A DNA stretch of 64,000 nt from Bordetella parapertussis (GTDB lineage Bacteria; Pseudomonadota; Gammaproteobacteria; Burkholderiales; SG8-39). The translations under genes and the position numbers were made by a program. Positions within the stretch are counted from its first letter, which is position 1; the number at the start of each line of letters is the position of its first letter. Below, piece by piece: positions 58,693 to 64,000 of this stretch. Below the pieces are notes generated by a model, which was not told the origin of the DNA, searched no databases, and saw nothing but the letters and a program-made list of their open reading frames with translations. The DNA lies in assembly GCA_945861875.1 (NCBI GenBank), contig CAMAWC010000008.1, positions 4,766 to 68,765 of the forward strand, written 5' to 3'.

Positions 58693-59358
58693 ATGAACAA
58701 GATCATAAACAGCATACTGATGGCGGCACTGGTCGCCCTCGGTGCCATGGCCACCAACGTTTCGGCCCAGAACATCGGCTACCTCACCGACACCCGTGGC
58801 GGTATGGTCAAAGACCCCTACGGCCTGTGCTGGAGGACCGGCTACTGGACGCCGGCCCTTGCCAACATGGAATGCGACCCCGACCTGATGCCCAAACCGG
58901 CACCCAAGCCTGCTGCTGCTCCGGCCAAGCCCGCTGCCCCTGCTGCGAAACCCGCCCCGGCGAAGCCTGCTGCGAAACCCGCCGCTCCGACGCCGACGAC
59001 CGAGAAAGTAACCCTCGCCGCCGACGCGCTGTTCGACTTTGACAAGGCCATCATCAAGAATGACGCCAAAGCCAAGCTCGACGACCTGGTCGGCAAGCTC
59101 AAGGCCATCAACCTCGAGGTGATCATTGCAATCGGTCACACCGACTCGGTTGGTAGCGACGTCTACAACCAGAAGCTGTCGGTCAAGCGTGCTGACGCAG
59201 TCAAGGCTTACATGGTCAGCAAAGGCATCGAGCCCAACCGCATCTACACCGAAGGCAAAGGCGAGAAGCAGCCCATTGCCGACAACAAGACCAAAGAAGG
59301 CCGCGCCAAGAACCGCCGCGTGGAAATCGAGGTCGTGGGTACGCGCGGCAAGAAGTAA
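58693..59358 (+). CDS. OmpA-family protein, paralogue 2 (canonical C-terminus)
   Basis: 221 aa. The mature N-terminal ~50 aa are identical to paralogue 1. The OmpA-like domain is GHTDSVGSDVYNQKLSVKRADAVKAYM...NRRVEIEV. Confidence 0.88.
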   Translation: MNKIINSILMAALVALGAMATNVSAQNIGYLTDTRGGMVKDPYGLCWRTGYWTPALANMECDPDLMPKPAPKPAAAPAKPAAPAAKPAPAKPAAKPAAPTPTTEKVTLAADALFDFDKAIIKNDAKAKLDDLVGKLKAINLEVIIAIGHTDSVGSDVYNQKLSVKRADAVKAYMVSKGIEPNRIYTEGKGEKQPIADNKTKEGRAKNRRVEIEVVGTRGKK

Positions 59359-59373
59359 GCAGCACGCACCTCT

Positions 59374-59403
59374 AAAAAGCCCTGCCTCGGCAGGGCTTTT
59401 TTC
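59374..59403 (+). terminator. Rho-independent terminator
   Basis: AAAAAGCCCTGCC-TCG-GCAGGGCTTTTTT. Confidence 0.75.
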
Positions 59404-59491
59404 TTTGGTGCGCGGTAACTTGCGTTCAGGCAAGCTGTCAAACTACGCAGCTGAATCCAGCCGCCTCACTATTTGACTTTCACCCCATACA

Positions 59492-60190
59492 ATGGCCATC
59501 AACGTCGACCCGCAGGAAATCAGCAAATTCAGCGAGCTTGCCCACCGCTGGTGGGACCCGGCGAGCGATTTCAAGCCGCTGCACGAAATCAACCCGCTGC
59601 GCCTGGGCTGGATAGACGGCCTCGCGCCGGTGGCCGGCCGCCAGGTGGTCGATGTGGGTTGCGGCGGCGGCATCCTTGCCGAGGCCATGGCGCAGCGCGG
59701 CGCGCGCGTCAAGGGCATAGATTTATCCGAACGCGCCCTCAAGGTGGCGCAGCTGCACCAGTTGGAGAGCAAGGCCGGCGTCGACTACGAAAAAATCGCC
59801 GCCGAGGACCTCGCGGCGCGTGAAGCGGGCCGCTACGATGTGGTCACCTGCATGGAACTGCTCGAGCACGTGCCCGACCCGGCCAGCACGGTGGCCGCCT
59901 GCGCCGCGCTCGCCGCTCCCGGCGGCCACCTGTTTTTTTCCACCATCAACCGTAACCCCAAGGCCTACCTGCTCGCCATCATCGGCGCCGAGTACGTGCT
60001 GCGCATGCTGCCGCGCGGCACCCACGACTACGCCCGCTTCATCAAGCCCTCGGAACTGTCGCGCTTTTGCCGCGCCGCCGGCCTGGAAATACGCGACATT
60101 ACCGGCATGACCTACAACCCCATCACCAAGGTCTACGCCCTTGGCCGTGACAGCGACGTCAACTACATCCTGCACGCTGTGAAACGGTGA
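59492..60190 (+). CDS. ubiG: Bifunctional 3-demethylubiquinol 3-O-methyltransferase/2-polyprenyl-6-hydroxyphenol methylase
   Basis: 232 aa: [15 protein letters not shown]...[13 protein letters not shown]...[13 protein letters not shown]. Confidence 0.93.
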   Translation: MAINVDPQEISKFSELAHRWWDPASDFKPLHEINPLRLGWIDGLAPVAGRQVVDVGCGGGILAEAMAQRGARVKGIDLSERALKVAQLHQLESKAGVDYEKIAAEDLAAREAGRYDVVTCMELLEHVPDPASTVAACAALAAPGGHLFFSTINRNPKAYLLAIIGAEYVLRMLPRGTHDYARFIKPSELSRFCRAAGLEIRDITGMTYNPITKVYALGRDSDVNYILHAVKR

Positions 60191-60260
60191 ATGGTGAATC
60201 GTAAGGGCACCCCCATTCCCCATTCCCCATTCACCATTTACCATTCCCCATTTACCAATC
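60186..60260. repeat. Heptamer array in the ubiG-gph spacer: GGTGAAT x2 (overlapping the ubiG stop), then seven in-phase inverse-orientation units MCCAWTY
   Basis: GGTGAATGGTGAAT at 60186-60199. CCCATTC CCCATTC CCCATTC ACCATTT ACCATTC CCCATTT ACCAATC at 60212-60260. The gph ATG is at 60265. Confidence 0.9.
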
Positions 60261-60264
60261 ACCC

Positions 60265-60912
60265 ATGATCCAGGCAGTCCTGTTCGACCTTGACGGCACC
60301 CTCGCTGACAGCGCGCCCGACCTGGCGCTCGCCCTTGACCTGCTGCTGGCCGAGGAAGGGCGTCCTGCCGTGCCGCTGGCCGTCACCCGCCCCCACACCT
60401 CAAGCGGCGCGCGCGGCCTGATCAAGGCCGGCTTTGGCATCGACGCCGACCACCCGGACTATGCCGCGCTAAAAGACCGCTTTCTCGACTTGTACGAGAA
60501 GAACCTCAGCGTTCACACCGCTCTGTTTGACGGCGTGGTGCCCCTGCTCGACGCACTCGACGCCCGCGGCATACTCTGGGGCATCGTCACCAACAAGGCG
60601 ATGCGCTTTACCGGCGCCGTGGTCGACGGCCTCGGGCTCACCGCAAGGTCGGCCTGTGTGGTCAGCGGCGACACCACCGCCCGCGCCAAACCCCACCCCG
60701 ATCCGCTGTTGCACGCCGCCGCCGCCATCCGGATTGCCCCCGCGCAATGCCTTTACGTTGGCGACGACCTGCGCGACATCCAGGCCGCCCGCGCCGCCGG
60801 CATGGGCGCCATCGCCGCCGCCTACGGCTACCTCGGCGTGGACGGCGACCCGCACGACTGGGCCGCCGACGCCGTCATCAGCCACCCCGGCGAGGTCTTG
60901 AACTATCTCTGA
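60265..60912 (+). CDS. gph: HAD-family phosphatase (phosphoglycolate phosphatase-like)
   Basis: 215 aa with motifs LFDLDGTLADS, VTNK and GDDLRDIQAARAAG. Confidence 0.8.
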   Translation: MIQAVLFDLDGTLADSAPDLALALDLLLAEEGRPAVPLAVTRPHTSSGARGLIKAGFGIDADHPDYAALKDRFLDLYEKNLSVHTALFDGVVPLLDALDARGILWGIVTNKAMRFTGAVVDGLGLTARSACVVSGDTTARAKPHPDPLLHAAAAIRIAPAQCLYVGDDLRDIQAARAAGMGAIAAAYGYLGVDGDPHDWAADAVISHPGEVLNYL

Positions 60913-60963
60913 TTTGCCCCCATATGGGCTGAACGGAGATGTGGGATAATCTAAACTGAATCT

Positions 60964-61333
60964 GGGGGCGACCCGGTTTCGACGTGGGTAACAAAGCAGT
61001 GAGGGCATGCCGAGGATCAGTCACCTCGTAAATCCATCTGAAAAACTACAAACGCGAACGACGAGCGTTTTGCTCTCGCAGCCTAAAAAGCTCAACGAGA
61101 CCGCTGCACTGATACGTTCCTGGGTCAGGTGCCTTTAACAAGCACAGCAGTGTCATTTACAGGAAATCGGTTTGCGTCGGGTTACTTGGCGCCGACTTAA
61201 ATCAAGGTGACTCGCTGGTGTCTGGCCTGCCTGTTGGCAAAGACACTGGTTAAAACCAAATGAACAGGATACGCATGTAGAACTTATTGTGTAGTGCTTG
61301 CGGACGGGGGTTCAATTCCCCCCGCCTCCACCA
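60964..61333 (+). ncRNA. ssrA: tmRNA (SsrA)
   Basis: The 5' end GGGGGCGACCCGGTTTCGACG pairs with the 3' end CGCCTCC-A-CCA. The tRNA-like T-arm is GGGGGTTCAATTCCCCC. The tag reading frame GCG AAC GAC GAG CGT TTT GCT CTC GCA GCC TAA encodes ANDERFALAA. Confidence 0.95.
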
Positions 61334-61367
61334 ATTAATGATTTAAAGATGTTCAACGAAGTACACG

Positions 61368-61402
61368 AAACCCGCATGTTACAAGGCATAGCGGGTTTTT
61401 TA
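61368..61402 (+). terminator. Rho-independent terminator downstream of ssrA (supplied by island DNA)
   Basis: AAACCCGC-(15-nt loop)-GCGGGTTTTTT. Confidence 0.65.
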
Positions 61403-61498
61403 TTGTCCAACGAGGTGCGTTAGGATGTATTGACATCCATGTTTTCTGGGGGTATAAAACGGGGGTACTTTCATTTTCACATAAGACGATACCCCCAA

Positions 61499-62734
61499 AT
61501 GCTTACCGATACCGCATGTAAGAACGCCCACAGGGGCGACAAAGCCGCTTTAGGCAAGGCTTTCAAGTTGGCAGATGATAAAGGCTTGTACCTTCACGTT
61601 AAGCCAGGAATCAAAGGTTGGTCAAAGTATTGGCGGCTTAAATATCGCATTGGGGGTACTGAAAAACTACTAGCCCTTGGAAAGTACCCCGATGTAACCC
61701 TAGACCAAGCACGGCAACGGCGGGAAGAAGCCAGGAAGCAACTAGCCGATGGCATAGACCCAGGCGAAAACAAAAAAGCCGTTAAAGCGTCTAGGTTAGC
61801 ATTGGCTGAAAACAGCTTTGAAATAATCGCCCGTGAATGGGGGCAAAAGAATATTAACGATTGGGACGACAAGAACAACCGCTCAAAACGAATGCTGGAA
61901 CGTAACATCTTTCCCTGGCTGGGCAGTAAGCCGATTACAAATATTAAGCCAATGGACGTTCTGGCATGTTTAAGGCGCATTGAAGAACGCGGTACAATCG
62001 AGACTGCACACAGGGTAAAGCAGGTAACGGGGCAGGTTTTCCGCTATGCCGTATCTACAGGGCGGGTTGAGCGTGACATTACCAGAGACCTAGACGGGGC
62101 ATTACCGAAAACTAAGGGCGGTAACTTCGCTTCGATGACAGACCCGAAGCAAGTTGCCCCGCTCTTTCGCGCAATCGACGGCTACACAGGCTCTTACATC
62201 GTTAAATCAGCCTTGCAGCTTGCCCCTTTGGTTTTTGTCCGTCCAGGTGAATTAAGACATGCTGAATGGCAACACATAGACCTTGAAGCTAAGGAATGGC
62301 GCTATCTGGTCACTAAGACCGATACGCAGCACATCGTACCATTATCAACCCAAGCCATAGCGATATTGCACGAAATACAGCCGCTAACAGGGCATGGGCG
62401 TTATGTGTTCCCGTCTGCCAGGACACCCAACGGCTCACGGGCAATGTCAGACGTGGCGTTATTGGCGGCACTTAGGCGCATGGGTTTTGATAAAACCGAA
62501 ATGACGGTACACGGCTTTAGGGCAATGGCGCGTACCATCCTGGATGAAGTGCTGGAGGTAAGGGTTGATTTTATCGAACACCAATTAGCCCACGCCGTTA
62601 GAGACCCCAACGGACGCGCCTACAACCGTACCGCCCACCTAAAAGAACGCCATGCCATGATGCAGCAATGGGCGGATTACCTGGACGGCTTGAAGGCTGG
62701 CGCGGTCGTGTTGCCGTTCAAAAAAGCGCATTGA
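61499..62734 (+). CDS. Tyrosine-type site-specific integrase (P4/CP4-57-like, DUF4102 arm-binding N-terminus)
   Basis: Start MLTDTACKNAHRGDKAALGKAFKLADDKGLYLHVKPGIKGWSKYWRLKYRIGGTEKLLALGKYPDVTLDQAR. Catalytic region is ...HGFRAMARTIL...HQLAH...YNRTAHL. The track ORF has 23 extra N-terminal codons. Confidence 0.92.
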   Translation: MLTDTACKNAHRGDKAALGKAFKLADDKGLYLHVKPGIKGWSKYWRLKYRIGGTEKLLALGKYPDVTLDQARQRREEARKQLADGIDPGENKKAVKASRLALAENSFEIIAREWGQKNINDWDDKNNRSKRMLERNIFPWLGSKPITNIKPMDVLACLRRIEERGTIETAHRVKQVTGQVFRYAVSTGRVERDITRDLDGALPKTKGGNFASMTDPKQVAPLFRAIDGYTGSYIVKSALQLAPLVFVRPGELRHAEWQHIDLEAKEWRYLVTKTDTQHIVPLSTQAIAILHEIQPLTGHGRYVFPSARTPNGSRAMSDVALLAALRRMGFDKTEMTVHGFRAMARTILDEVLEVRVDFIEHQLAHAVRDPNGRAYNRTAHLKERHAMMQQWADYLDGLKAGAVVLPFKKAH

Positions 62735-62845
62735 TCCAATGCTATAATCCCTTTGACCGGATAGCCTTAGCGGGTGATAAGCGGGATTCGTCCCCCGTTT
62801 CCGGTTTTCCCCTTTCGTAATGATTGCACTTTAATGAGGTGTTTT

Positions 62846-63205
62846 ATGGCTATGTCGATTAATGACTTAGCACAGATCGGCGCTATGTCTTCTTATCTTA
62901 ATGGCGATAAAGAACCACTGGTAAAGCTATTAAGCGGAAATGATAACCTGTTACCAGAAACACGCGATTTTCTAGCAAAAATAGTGGAAGGCAAGGTGAG
63001 TGTGAAAGATCATAGGCCAAAAAAGTTAGCGGCGCGAGATGATTTTATTTACACGGTTATTGATTATCTAATTACCAACGAAGGATATAGGCTCACTGAT
63101 AACAGGTTGGGGCAAGGCGCGGCGGCATTGGTGGCTGAATGGTATGGCCTTACCGAGGACGCGACTTTGCAAGTTTATAGGAGACGCAAAAATAGACAGA
63201 AGTAG
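62846..63205 (+). CDS. Hypothetical island protein
   Basis: 119 aa starting at ATG 62846 after a TGAGGTG RBS. No motif recognised. Confidence 0.5.
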   Translation: MAMSINDLAQIGAMSSYLNGDKEPLVKLLSGNDNLLPETRDFLAKIVEGKVSVKDHRPKKLAARDDFIYTVIDYLITNEGYRLTDNRLGQGAAALVAEWYGLTEDATLQVYRRRKNRQK

Positions 63206-63284
63206 TGTAGTTTTGTCCATGACCAAATAAAAAAAAGAGATAAAAATGCAACCATGTTAAACCAGCACAAATGGAGTGCATTAC

Positions 63285-63536
63285 ATGGCTACATCATCAA
63301 ACCCGCTACCAGAAACCGGATTTATCAGACTTGCTCAAATTGTTGGGCAGAAAGCAGACCCAAGCAAATATAAACGCAAGCGGGCTGAAATAACCGGACT
63401 GCTACCAATTAGCCGTACTACTTTTTTAAATGGCGTTAAGTCCGGCAAATACCCAAAACCTATAAAACTGGGAGAGCGTACAACCGCTTGGAAAATTGAG
63501 GACATCCGCACCCTGATCGCTGAATTGGGGGCTTGA
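63285..63536 (+). CDS. AlpA-family phage regulatory protein/excisionase-like (MerR-type HTH)
   Basis: FIRLAQIV...LLPISRTTFLNGVKSGKYPKPIKLGERTTAWKIEDIRTLI is the AlpA signature. ATG at 63285 follows GGAG by 9 nt. Confidence 0.85.
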   Translation: MATSSNPLPETGFIRLAQIVGQKADPSKYKRKRAEITGLLPISRTTFLNGVKSGKYPKPIKLGERTTAWKIEDIRTLIAELGA

Positions 63537-63538
63537 TT

Positions 63539-64000
63539 ATGGAGGGCTTAAGCACCACCACGGCGGCGAACCGTGGCAGCGTAAAGACATTGCGCCCATA
63601 TTCTACAACACCCCTAAGCCTTCAATCAATCGAAAACGGCTTTAATACGGCAATGCTAGACCACGGCATCAACCCACCCGATAACCTTATTGGCGATTCC
63701 GTATTGCACCGATTTTATGTTGAGGGCGACCGCAAAGGCACGTTAAACGGCGCGTATATCTTGCATTGCGACAACAAGCCTTCGGGCTGGGCGATGTCAT
63801 TTAAGACTGGCGTTAGCTTCACCTGGACGCTATCCGGCAAGCGCGAACCGATGACCGCCGCCATGAAAAGGCAGATTGACGATGCTAGGCAGATAAGGCA
63901 ACTTGAACAAGCCACAGCCCACCAACTGGCAGCCGAAAAAGCGCGGCATATCTGGGATAAAGCCACACCAATTATCGAGCAATCCCAACACCCTTACTTG
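63539..64000 (+). CDS. Phage/plasmid primase-like protein, N-terminal fragment (runs off the right edge)
   Basis: ATG at 63539, open to the end of the window and therefore absent from the track. LIGDSVLHRFYVEGDRKGTLNGAYILHCDNKPSGWAMSFKTGVSFTW ... QHPYL resembles the N-terminal region of P4-alpha-type primases, ahead of the Toprim domain. Confidence 0.7.
   Translation, partial: MEGLSTTTAANRGSVKTLRPYSTTPLSLQSIENGFNTAMLDHGINPPDNLIGDSVLHRFYVEGDRKGTLNGAYILHCDNKPSGWAMSFKTGVSFTWTLSGKREPMTAAMKRQIDDARQIRQLEQATAHQLAAEKARHIWDKATPIIEQSQHPYL

Larger units (their letters stand above)
61334..64000 (+). mobile_element. Left end of a P4-like integrative element or satellite prophage inserted at the 3' end of ssrA (continues beyond the window)
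   Basis: Composition drops right after the tmRNA CCA. The following genes are a tyrosine integrase, a small ORF, an AlpA-type regulator and a primase. Confidence 0.8.

Overview
GC-rich chromosomal segment with betaproteobacterial gene content and order, in five blocks. (1) 1-7493, minus strand: the N-terminal 1694 codons of a giant DUF4347/PA14/cadherin-like adhesin. The ORF track omits it because it has no stop in the window. Directly upstream is an unusual 719-aa fusion of a PqqD-like domain, an M50 site-2 protease and a HlyD-type adaptor. (2) 7709-24453: an orphan catabolic cluster under a divergent LysR regulator. It holds four intact Bug/TctC solute-binding genes, one apparent decayed Bug fragment, hydantoinase A/B-type subunits, an FAH-family hydrolase, a split AtuA-like pair, a ketopantoate-reductase-like gene, a TPP enzyme, an SMP-30 lactonase and a crotonase. 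No TctA/TctB membrane genes are present. (3) about 24540-32479: a lower-GC accessory island abutting the 3' end of tRNA-Ser(GCT), with no integrase. It carries two toxin-antitoxin-like pairs, DUF1330, an alpha/beta hydrolase, NmrA plus LysR, a membrane protein, and a truncated IS3 element fused to a lipoprotein gene stub. (4) 32613-60912: conserved housekeeping genes: lysC, rlmD, cysM, hldD, hldA, ugd, lapBA, ihfB, rpsA, cmk, aroA, tyrA, hisC, pheA, a serA-like gene, serC, gyrA, two OmpA-like paralogues flanking an amidohydrolase, ubiG and gph. Several spacers hold short tandem repeats with periods of 7, 11 or 13 nt. (5) tmRNA at 60964-61333, followed by the start of a lower-GC P4-like integrative element (integrase, AlpA, primase) that runs off the right edge. 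No rRNA genes or CRISPR arrays were seen. The best candidate for something undescribed is the PqqD-like/M50/HlyD fusion next to the giant adhesin. Secondary candidates are the RelE-like toxin with a large non-HTH partner, the repeat-bracketed TumE/TumA-like cassette, and the repeat arrays that start at or near stop codons. All family assignments come from reading motifs by eye, not from searches.
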